DNA from: Phoronis australis
Lineage: Eukaryota; Animalia; Phoronida
Direction: 5' to 3'
Assembly (NCBI GenBank): GCA_002633005.1
Contig: NMRA01000129.1
Location: forward strand, 836,551-900,550
DNA length: 64,000 nucleotides
A program made the translations under genes and the position numbers. Position 1 is the first letter of the stretch. Each line of letters starts with the position of its first letter. The notes below the pieces were generated by a model, which saw only the letters and a program-made list of their open reading frames with translations, ran no database searches and was not told where the DNA came from. Shown piece after piece: positions 24,001-34,904 of the stretch.

Positions 24001-27000
24001 TGCATACATAACTTAAATTGTCACTAGGGGGTGCCACAGTAGTTGAATTAGTTCCAACAGTCAACAACAGGTGTACTCAACTCAATTACATTCAATTTGA
24101 TAAACATCAAGAACTTTGTAGATATTGGAATTCATGCACAAAAAAACATATTTGTCACTACGGTGTGCAACAACAGTTGAACTCGTCCGAAAATCTTTGT
24201 AAGCTAAGATAAGAACAAACCTGTACAATTTCATAATGATCTTTAAAGCGTTTTGGCGGATAAAGATGTGAATGTCAAATTAAATTAGATGTAAATAATA
24301 AAAATGGTCGCTTCGGGAAGCAGATTTCGTAGAATCTACCTAATGAGAAGGGGTCGTCGACTCTATCATAGAAACTTACTTGCCAAGTTTCATAAACATC
24401 CATCAATTCAAAGAGCTTGGTAGATAAGAGGCAAACAAAAAAAATTAAAATTGCCACTAGGGGCACAGTAGTAATCAGATCTATCCGAAACATGTATGCA
24501 AAATTTCAGGAATGGAGACACAGCAGCGAACTCTGGATGGATGGAGACGATGACATAATGCGCCCACATCCAATAATTTGGAGCACTGAAGGAACATGAG
24601 AATCAGGGATTTGATTTTTGTAAAATCAAATACTAAGCCAATCTTACATTTGTGGTACTTCTATGGCTAGATGTCTTACTGCTGCTTGTATGAAAATGTT
24701 CTGTCACTTCCTGGACGAATTGAAATTTTTATCAACTTCCACATTTAACTATTGCGCTGTTGATTTTGGTTGGGTTTGCTTGAATTTTTAATGTTTTTTC
24801 TCAAATCTGTGACTCCAATGGAGGAGAATATGTGAATTAATTTGTAACGAGTGGGGAGGGGGGGAAATGGTGGTGCCCAATGAAAAGACTCAAGCAGTCA
24901 AATTTTTTATCTCTTTAGATGTACACACTGGTATTATTAAGCAACAGATTTCTAGAATTTGGTTATGTTTTTTTTACTGAAAGACACCTGTGTCGTACAA
25001 GGGAATTCTGGATTCTAAGCCAGATAAGTTTTCTCACAACAGCATCAAGTTCTTTGGAAAGAAGATGCACCATTTCGCTAAAAGGGGGCACTGATGTTTG
25101 GACATAGTATATGGTTAGTTAACATTATTTGATTAGATTTTAAAGAGGCGTTAATGTAATTCGTGCACAGTCTACGGACTAAACGACAAACAAACCTCAG
25201 CATCTTCGTCATGTAAATATGGCTGAGCATCAAACGATTCCTTGAGGTCTGATGGTTTATCTGTATCAAGTCTGTAACAAACAAAACAGCCAGTTAATAA
25301 TCTATGTACACAACCTGACAATTAACTGATCTCAGTGACACTTATGACTGACCTGAAATGTATGAAAATAGTTGTAGAACTATTTAAGGATCCATTCAAG
25401 TTTGATAGAGTTGCCAAGGAAACCTGTGTTGTATTTCCTGTCACACAACGTGTTCCTAGGCTATACCAACCAGGAATGCACAGTTCTGAATTGATTACTC
25501 AAAGATGGCAAATTAAGAACAACATTATCAAAGAAAGCCAAATGCACCTCTTTCAGTCATTTCTCCCAACAATTTAAACAGATAAAAAGATTTGTTCCCG
25601 ATGCCTTGCTATGACTGTTACTACTTAAAAACAAACATTTTAAGTTAAATTTACAAATGTAACTTCATATTCACAAAACAAATAGAATTTTGCCAGACAT
25701 AGGTACAAAATGTCAGTGCTTGAAAAGTCCTGGCCTTCATCTCCACTGGTTACACGAGTTTTCGCCAATTTCATTCACAAGAGACGGATTTTCTCATGTA
25801 CTGCAATTCAGTGGCCATTATCTAGACAATGAATACAACAGATTTACGACCCAGAAATTTGCCAAAGAATGTTCTCATCAGTCAGAACGATCCCTGCGGG
25901 CACACGCCCCTAGATAAATATAAATGTTACTAAATTTTCAAGCACTGTGTATACAAGAGACTAGATTTCATATTGAGCTATAACAATTACATTTCTCTTG
26001 CCAATGCTGACCATCCATGGATCGCCTTGAACTTCCCCGTGTAGGACGCGTATTTACTCTTGAACTCGTTGGGGAGTTGAAAGAAGTTGGCATTGAGTCT
26101 GTTGACTTTAGAAACCTTAAAATGGTTGAAAGCAGTTCAGACTTGATACAATACATCATATAGCCATAAACAATACATCATCTGGCAATAAACAATACAA
26201 TCAATGAGTACAGTGGTTTTTTTAATGTAGAACACCACCAGGCAAAAAGGTAGAATTCAATTTTGTCTAATGTTTCTAAATAATAAGTAAAAAGAAAGTT
26301 TCGCCTATATTTATTTCCAGATTTTGAACTGTACGTCTGACACCCACACAAATTGAATGGTAACATTTTGTGCATTTGAAGTCTTTACAAAATAGGAATG
26401 AGACTTTGCAATATTTAAACACCGTCACTACAAAACTGATCTCAACCCTAGACTTCTGGGCTACGAAATTTCTCTGCTTATTTAGAACAAAACAATTGCC
26501 GAAATGGTCATTTTCCTCTTTTCAAAAGCTGCAAATAATTAGAATGTCAGCAAATATTTATGACATCTACACACTACAATCCATGTTTGTAATAGACAAA
26601 GATGTTCTTACTATTCGTTGAGAAATTTAATAAACTATAATTTCACTTGTCGGCCATATTGTGCGGTAAATAAGTGAGGAAATATGATGATGCTTGAGAC
26701 CATGTGACAAGCCAACTTGACCAGTCTGGTCTCAACCAATAAAACCCATTTTGTATTTAATGGGGAGGTTTTTAACAAAATTGATGGTATAGCAATGGGT
26801 TCATCTTTGGCTCCATATTACCTGGCATGTTTTTAGGTCATCATGAGAAAACATGGATTGAGACGTACACTGGTCCTCATGTCTATTTCTATCGACGATA
26901 TGTAGATGATGTGTTTTGTATCTTTGAAAGTCAGCAGTCAGCCCAGGAATTTTTGGTGTATTAAACTCGAGGCATCCTAACTTGAAATTCAGTGTAGAAT

Positions 27001-30000
27001 TAGAGGTCAATAACATTTTGCCATTTCTGGACGTGTTAGTGGAGCGTGAGGGTACCTCAGTGATAACATCAGTATTTCATAAGAAGACCTACACAGGACT
27101 GTACAGTTGTTTTCATACCTTCACATCCTTTGTTTATAAAGTAGGTCTCATTAAAACTCTAATAGACAGGGTATATCGCATTAAAAACATTTGGGCTAGA
27201 TTTGATTCTAATATTAAAAAACTCACAACGAATTTGCAAAAGAATGGCTATTCCCTAGAATTAGTCAATAGAGTACTGAAAGCAAGGCTCCAACGTAACC
27301 CTGATATTCATCCTGTAGACAAAACTAACTACAAGTACTTTAAAATACCCTATGTTACGTTTTACGCCAAGATTGCTCAACAAAAACTTAACAAATTGGT
27401 GAATTATTACTGTGTTAACTTAGAAGTTGTATTGACATTCAATTCTCTAAAACTGTCAAATTTATTTAACCCTAAGGACAAAATTCCTATGGGTCTACGG
27501 TCCAGGGTAGTTTACAAATTTATCTGTGCTGGATGTGACTCCAGTTACATGGGCGAAACTGTTCGCCATTTGAAAACCAGTACCAGGGAACATCTAAATT
27601 GTGACAGAGGTTCACAGGTAAATACTCATCTACAGAGCTCCAATCATAAGTCTCTTTTAGACATCAAGTTTTGGCCCAGCACAACTGACACGGAGCAAAC
27701 TGACCCGTGTCAAGCGGCCGTTTACATACACAACTCACTAACTGTGGCAAGACGGAAATTGCAGGCTGGAGAGACTGGATCACACAAGCGCAGGTTTACG
27801 AGAGTTGCAGAGACAAAGAACACGTACAAAGGTCATTAGGCAAGCGCAGTAGAGATGATCCTTTCCGTTTTGCCCCAGTTTCGCGTTTAGACATATAACT
27901 GACACGGAGCAAGATGTTCTAGCGCAAATTGCTCTACCTCACAAACGGGTGGCAAAATTTGTTACCGCGGAGTCAGTTTGCTCTGTGTCAGTCCCATTTA
28001 CACACTGGAACAACTGGTTCGGTGTCAGCTGATCCTGTCAACTTTTAAAGTGTAAATGGCACTACTGTTATCAGCAATGCTCTTTCAATGACTTTGAAAT
28101 AGACCAAGCAGAAACAACAAAGGAACTTAAAATTGGTGAGGATCTACCCATCAGTTGGTGCAAGCCCAATCTGAATAGGCAACTGGCACACCACAGGTTG
28201 CCATTGTTGGTCTAGTTTATTGTCACTCCCTGTAACTGACTGTGTCTGTGTTTCATCACTTGTTGCTGGGCCTAGCTAGGTGGCCACTATATTCTCTCTT
28301 CCGATGACGGTGTTTGAATAAATGACACCGAAACATGTCAAGTCGATTTAAAACCATAGTTGTTTATATCAATAACAAACTCCAAGTTCGTTTTAAGCCC
28401 TGAAATCGTTCCTAATCTGACTAAAGAACAATTTGAGACGAATTTCATTATAGTGACAGGGTCCAAACCAAGAGTTAGTTTATAGCCGGTCTGAAAAGGA
28501 AAATTATTAAGGTGTTTTTAGTTGATTTGGTACATTCAACTTAAAATTTTACTCAGTTTCTACAAAAATATATTTAAAGTTTCATCAATTCCAAAACAGG
28601 AATTGAAACCATGAGCAGATTTGATACATATCAGCATAGCCAGCTGATATGTGTTCTATTCCTTAGAACTGTGGACTGTGCTCAAAGCACAATTTGGCCA
28701 CTGATTTTCAGCCCCTAAGCTGCCACGCGCATAAATTCAATATGCATCTTGTTTACTTTAATTGTGCTCTTTGATGCAAGGATGCAACCAGCTCAACACG
28801 ACATGTAAATAACATCTTGGTCCTAGCCGCTAATCAAACCTGCGACCCCTGGCTCAACATCTCAACCAATCGGCACTTCCCAAAGGCCAAGTGAATAAGG
28901 ATAATGAGTCTACTAGAAGTCACCTTGCAATGTCTCCACATTATGAGCACTCTTCAATAAGAGTTAGAAAGCTCAAATCTCTTGCTCTTCACTAATTAGC
29001 CTAATCATTAACTCTGCAGAGCTGCCTCACAACTAGAAACTCCAATACAAAATAGACTTACACATGTATCAAGGGTACAATGTTTGAAACAACTATGAAG
29101 CAACAAACAATATAAATCACAATTTTTGGTTAATTTTGAATTGACAAACACCACAATTATTTTTGCAAAATTTATAAATTTCAACGGAAAGTTCTCCCAA
29201 AATGCATGTTAAAAGAAACAAGACTTGACTTTAAAAAGGCTAACTAAGTTACACAGATCACATTGCAACCACTCATACAAGATCATAAGACTGAGCAAAA
29301 CAAGCTCTTGGAATTTACCAGCAGCAAAATATTCAGCTAACATGTCATTTTTTTAAGAAAAGGAGTTGAAAAATTACTCGAATGATGAGAATGATGAGGT
29401 GTCTAAACATTTCATATTGTATGGTTTAGTTAATTCATCACTCATAAAGTCACATGTCTAGCCATGCTCATGCCTATAGCTATCAACAAAAGATGAAAAA
29501 TGAATATTTCAAAGTATTACAAGAATTTCACTGCATCAGAATTTCATCATATCGGGAGAAATTGGCTGGAGAGTGCATAAATCTCCCAATTAGGAGAATT
29601 TTTTTCACATACAGTTATTTGAAAATTGTTATCCCAGAAACATTGATTAGGCATCGTGACAGTCGGTACTAGTATGGTACTAGTAGTACGGGTCGGTACT
29701 TACGGTAGTACGGGTCGGTACTTACGGTAGTACGGGTCGGTACTTACGGTAGTACGGGTCGGTACTTACGGTAGTACCCAGTAGGTCCATTTTGCTTCCA
29801 GTTACATCTGCTGAATCTGGTTTGTGCCATTAGAAAATCTATTTTGCAACTGCATTCCCTGAAATATTGTGAAATGGCCCACGACTCCCAAGAATTCTAC
29901 TAAAGTACGATGTTGAAAAGCTTTTCAATGCTGAAATATTTTTGTTAATACTGCCAGACAGTAAAATACACATCCGAATTTCCCCTCCAAATACACTGAC

Positions 30001-31262
30001 CAGAAGCTGAGATCAGCATATAAAGTAAGTGGTGCCTCTGCTGGGAATTTCATAAGTAAATATTGGAGTTAGCGAATCTTTTATCTGTTGTCTATGATCT
30101 ATGCAGACAGGTCCCATGTCTGAACTACCTCCTCTAAGTCTGGCTGGCAGACAAGTAAGCAATGGAACATCTTAATTAATATTGTACACCAAAAGACTTT
30201 TGGCAAATTACGCTAAGCTCTGGCTATCAAAGTCACATTCTCCTTTCAAGTGTAGCTGGCAGCTGGCGTCTCTAAATCCTAATACAGCTCAAGCAAATAC
30301 TCCTCCAATCAACATTTTTTAAAAATAGTCCTTCGTTCCCTCCAATAAAATCATGAACTTTAGTCATTTCTGTTATGAATGCCTCATTATGCATATAGTA
30401 TATAACTTGCTTCTTGTCACATCAAGGTCCACCTCAATGACCTCCGGAGTGTGCCAATTGATCACTGACGCTAGTGCTTGAAACTCTCGAACCAAAGTTG
30501 CTACTTTGGTACCTGAGCAAAATGTCATTTGTCAACAATTTCGAAAAAAAGAGACAAATCGGAAAGAAATCTAAGTAATTACCAAACCAGTTGTTCAAGT
30601 TGGAAGGATATCAACGGCCACCAAAGGTGATCTTCTATGCTCAAACAGTTCTTAGCAACATAACTTTGAGGGTTTTGAGATATTACTTTCACTCCTAGTT
30701 CAGATGTAAGTACTGTCTTTGTACGTTTCCGTTTGACTAAGTCTTAAAAACACTGGCTGCAATGCCATATTATTCAGTCTTAAATTTTGTTGATGGAATG
30801 AAAGACTATTGAAATAAAAATGTTGATTACTGCAGTATTTGTTCGAGTTAGAAGGATCGATTAAGACTCCAAGTCCAACTGCTTCAAAGGTGACTTCGAC
30901 AGTTTAGGCTTAGCTACTCCATAGGCTTGGGTGAAATTCGTTCCTTTAATCGCCCTAACTTCACCAAAAGGTGTTTTCCCCAGTTTGATAACCTGCTTCT
31001 GCTGGACATGAGAGTATGGCAATCCACGGACAGTGACCGTGAACCGTCTCTCGCCTCTGACCGAGTCTGACCCGGTTGTCGATTCCCACTCGTGCCTCAC
31101 CTCGTCATCAGCTACACCATGGCCGCTCAAATACATAAACCCCCATGTACTAAGAGCGTCATGAACTTCTTCAGCAAGTTTTTCGACGTCCTGACTCGAT
31201 GCTGAAGAGGTGTCATCTACATTTAACCCGTAACATGAAAAATCTATCAGTGGTAAGGACAT
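18095..31262 (-). CDS. 2-oxoglutarate/Fe(II)-dependent dioxygenase, IPNS/DIOX_N-like, 324 aa, 8 exons: complement(join(18095-18289,19918-20031,21651-21739,23125-23218,23705-23824,25196-25271,25991-26115,31101-31262))
   Basis: The exons splice in frame (975 nt). N-terminal LPLIDFS...WGFMYLSGHGV, FFQLPNEFKSKY, DLKESFD, LRSIYYPP. Iron ligands are HTD (RCAEHTDYGSLTILFQDDIGGLE) and the distal H of KHRVV, with LVNIGDLMERWT and the 2OG-binding RQS motif. Confidence 0.93.
18873..19065. repeat. 38-bp minisatellite, ~5 copies
   Basis: Unit ttacatgtcaccacattacatgagatattactgagtgt. Confidence 0.93.
22115..22160 (-). ncRNA. Minimal type I hammerhead ribozyme (Penelope type)
   Basis: The minus strand reads ACUC CUGAGGA U GGUGUU GAAUAAAU GAUACC GAAA CAU GUC AAGU. 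The catalytic core is intact, stem II has 6 bp, stem III is the palindrome ACAUGU, and stem I has one C.A mismatch next to the core. Confidence 0.8.
22522..22567 (+). ncRNA. Minimal type I hammerhead ribozyme (Penelope type)
   Basis: Reads ACUU CUGAGGA U GGUGUU GAAUAAAU GACAUC GAAA CAU GUC AAGU. Stem I ACUU/AAGU is perfect, the core is intact, and cleavage is predicted after the GUC ending at 22563. Confidence 0.85.
27648..28064. mobile_element. MITE-like insertion nested in the Penelope GIY-YIG region
   Basis: The Penelope sequence ...gctccaatca(t)|tgttatcagc is contiguous in the copy at ~22380-22410 but split here. Internal inverted motifs: actgacacggagcaaactgac / gtcagtttgctctgtgtcagt. 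Confidence 0.75.
28297..28343 (+). ncRNA. Degenerate hammerhead ribozyme at the Penelope 3' end (core reads CCGAUGA)
   Basis: Reads UCUU CCGAUGA C GGUGUU UGAAUAAAU GACACC GAAA CAU GUC AAGU. Stem II is retained, but the conserved core U4 is changed to C. Confidence 0.7.
29683..29778. repeat. 22-bp tandem repeat, ~4 copies
   Basis: Unit gtagtacgggtcggtacttacg. Confidence 0.92.
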
Positions 31263-32909
31263 GACTGTCTCCACGGCTATTTCTTCAAAAACCGGATGTG
31301 CACACAAAGCGGCACCTAGTTTCAGAAGAGAAAATTACAAAACTAGCCTATGCCACTGCCGTGTGTCTTAGTGTGTCAAGACGATTGTTCGCCAGCACCG
31401 GGTCTAAAAATTTTCAGACCCTTATCATAAACAATATCTACTACAATAAGCACCAGGCTGACAGACTCATCAAACCCTTACTCCAAAACCACACATGAAT
31501 GGATGGAACTACTTTTGACCAGCGGCATCAGTTTAATAAACAATTTAGGGAATAAAAACCAAAAGGACAGTTTATAACCAAGCTTTTTGTGGTAAATGCA
31601 AACACCGGGGATTATATAGATGAACCAGTGAGACAACTGAAAACACGAAATACCAGTTTAAACATATACTCAGAATTGCATTACTATTTATACAAATGTT
31701 AAACAAAGCATTGCACATGGAAAAATTTCAAAACCTACAGATTAAATTAGGACTCGAGAAAGTCCAAGAAATGACAGCAAAATTTAATACCGCTCGTAGT
31801 TCTAACAACTAAGCTTGTATAAAAAAAACAATCTCCGTTCCTTCAAAATTTGTTTATACAAGAAATAGAGGCGAACAACTAATGAGACACGATTTGAAAC
31901 AAAGTCTCAGGAACTTAATTGTAACTTAAAAACGTTAACATTCATCAGAGGTAATTGCAAACAATGGTAAAAATAACATGGATGCAGAAGAACGGTACTT
32001 GTATTTCACTTATTTAATTAGAAGTATAGTGGTCTAGAACAGAACATGACAAATTTATGTAGAATAGGAACGATGTACACACACTGTTGGATGCACATAT
32101 ATTTTAGCACAGCCAATGGATGTTCAGTAGACGCAATTTTCAACCGAAAATGTCATTAGTCTTTGGCCAAATGTATATTGGAATTGTTTTTGAATTTTCA
32201 CTTGCTTTCTTAAATAAGCACATTTATTCACTGGATGTGAAATATTTCCAACCCCACACAGTTAACAACGCTAATTTGTTTTTTAAGGTGTAAATGCTTA
32301 AACATTATACAACAAATTGTCTTGCTCAACGAAATTCTGGTCGCTTTCGTGAGGTGACGCTGTCAATTTCTGCTCAAATTTGATTAAAGTTTGACTTAGG
32401 CTAGAAAGCAAGTATAATATTATTTTTATCCATACTCCCTGTAAAACAATACAGTAAATGTCGGGTAAACTGATGAATTGAGTAAATGTCCTTAATGTTT
32501 TTGTAGTGTAGAAAAACAAAACAACAGATGGCTAAATGAGCTACACAGTGACTGCAATCATAATGTATCATTCGAAATCAAAGTACACAGTGATGAGTAA
32601 CAGCAGTGTCCACTGTAACTTATGGTGTTTCTAGAATGAGTTCACGCACCATACACACACGTCAGAGTGCCTGCACAGCAAGATAATTGCACAAGGAATA
32701 TAATTGTGCAGTACACACTGCGTCATGTAAACGGGAATAGCTAGAATGTGTTAAGATCACGCTTTCATTCTGCAACACTTTATTGAATCACTTGTGCCCT
32801 GACATACAGAAAGCAACTGCCACTATTTCTGCAACATATGTTAATGGTCATACTGTACTTGCAAGCAATGATTCTTCGAATGGGTAATGTGTCAAAGTCG
32901 TAGACCAAG

Positions 32910-32947
32910 TAAGTCACCCGACCAAGTTACCTTGGTCGGGTGACTTA
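32910..32947. repeat. Perfect 17-bp inverted repeat with a 4-nt spacer
   Basis: taagtcacccgaccaag-ttac-cttggtcgggtgactta. Confidence 0.9.
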
Positions 32948-34904
32948 ACTAATAAATTAGCATCATCACTTGTTGACATCAATATATTGAACGTGAAAAA
33001 GACGGACAATTCCAGTAGTACACGTCAATATAACTTTCTCTGCTATCACAGCTTAGCAGGAAATGGTGCTCGTCTTCCACAATATTGGGTCAGAAGGGAC
33101 ACACTCTGTTTGCCCTATCCAAATTCAAGTGCCTGCCTACTTCAATCATGAGACTGTGGCTGGAACAACGAAAACGTGCCATGGACATATTTTGTGCATG
33201 AGGTATACTCAAACTTAAACTTTTTTGCAATTTGAATTCCTTTTTAAATTGATTATAATACACAGTTTAGGATTACTCTCAACACTTTGTCTCCATCCTT
33301 GCAAATAACAACCCCTTATTCACTGTCTAAAAACCAGCAGAAAAGTATTTTCACAGTCACAACACCTTGATTTAACATATAATTTTAATACAAAATGAAG
33401 AGAGTTGTGCAAACTGGCAATATTCGTCTCAGTTTGACACTTTCGACACTCGAAATGGAAATCCGAAATATTTTTGCCATTTCCGTTCTACTTTATAAAC
33501 TCAAGAAAAGCCAGTAAGTGTTTATGATGATGTGCTCGACTATACTTTATTACGGTTTACGGCTTGATGACCCCAGCGTTCAAAAGCTACTCGACGGCCA
33601 TCGACGGCACGCGGTACGCAAAACTTAACCTCCATCCAGTTTATATGTATTCGATAACTCAAAACTGAATTCCTTAGCGCAAGAATCAATTGAAACTTAT
33701 CGCCAGTATAGTGAACTGTTTCCTAGTTTTAAATGAACACCGTCTAGTCTACATGCAAAGCCCCAAGCGCAACATAACAGTACACTTTACGTCTTCGCTC
33801 GCAACTTCCCTCCCCATCCTCAAAGGCTGAAATTGTTAGTTTGATTGACATATCATGGGAACTACACGAAGCAACGAAGTATATGATCTTAGTTATCAAG
33901 CACTCAAAGATTCGTAAAATTAAGTAACCTATATACCTTTCCTGGTTGTAAAGAGCTAGCTGTTTCGGAGGAAAATAGCCAATTTCCAAATGAAGTCCAA
34001 CAAAGGGCGTACCGAGAGCCTAAGAACAATTAGCGCACTAGCTGTAATCATTGCCGTTGAAAAGGTTTGATGTTCCAAGTATGAGAATACAATAAACGAT
34101 TTCTCTGATGTGAAGCCAGAAACAAGATTCATAGCATAGTTGTAAATTATATTTGTATTACACAACCGTAAAGAACGCCGTGACTGTTGTCGAAATTAGC
34201 CGATGGCTTCTTGTGGCGCAAATCAAAGTTCTATTACAATCGATGACGGACCTAGTGAGTGAGTGGCCTAGATATTAGCATTCTAAATCGACGGTTTTGC
34301 TTGAAATCAAGAAAAGTAATAGTATATGTTTTCACTTGTAAACGATTTTTAAATACCAATTTTAGACACAGAAATACTTTCATTCCGTAATCTAAAAAGG
34401 TATCTTCATTAGAATATAATAAAAAGTATTTATGTTTGACAAATGTCTCGAAAACCATGTTCCAGCCTCTATTTCCTGAGATAAAAAGAGAAACAGTGGA
34501 CCTAGCTTTTGGCCTTTAATTCACACTAGAAAAGGTTTACTTATTCACTAAGCCATTTTGAGGAAATCTTTTATGTAAAGTCAAAACCTACATTTTCTCA
34601 ATTACCATAACTCTTACTTTAAAGGAAACAACTCCTTTGAACATTACACTTCCGGTTAATATCTCAAAAACGTCAACAGTCACCATCAATTGATGGGTAT
34701 GAACATACATTTATCTCGATATTACAATTTCTGCTTTTCAAGACTTTTAATCTTTCATATTGCTTATTAATATTAGTTGTCATAATGTCCTTCGTGAGTA
34801 TTACGTCATTCAGTAGTATCCAACGCTCGAAAATACTTAACTGAGTAAAGTTTATAACATCCAAGCTTTACTCTCGTACGTTGCCTGTGGTGTAATCCCG
34901 CAAA

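Larger units (their letters stand above)
26732..28366 (+). mobile_element. 5'-truncated, frameshifted Penelope-like retroelement (RT C-terminus + GIY-YIG endonuclease + 3' pseudo-LTR), antisense in intron 1 of the dioxygenase
   Basis: RT motifs THFVFNGEVFNKIDGIAMGSSLAP, YRRYVDDVF and LPFLDVLV...VFHKKTYTGLY; GIY-YIG motif VVYKFICAGCDSSYMGETVRHL. There are two frameshifts upstream of 26982, a MITE interruption, and a hammerhead-like 3' tail. Confidence 0.92.

Noticed and set aside
27648-27839. C-terminal extension of the 285-aa Penelope ORF
   Set aside because: It is chance read-through into the nested MITE, not part of the GIY-YIG protein.
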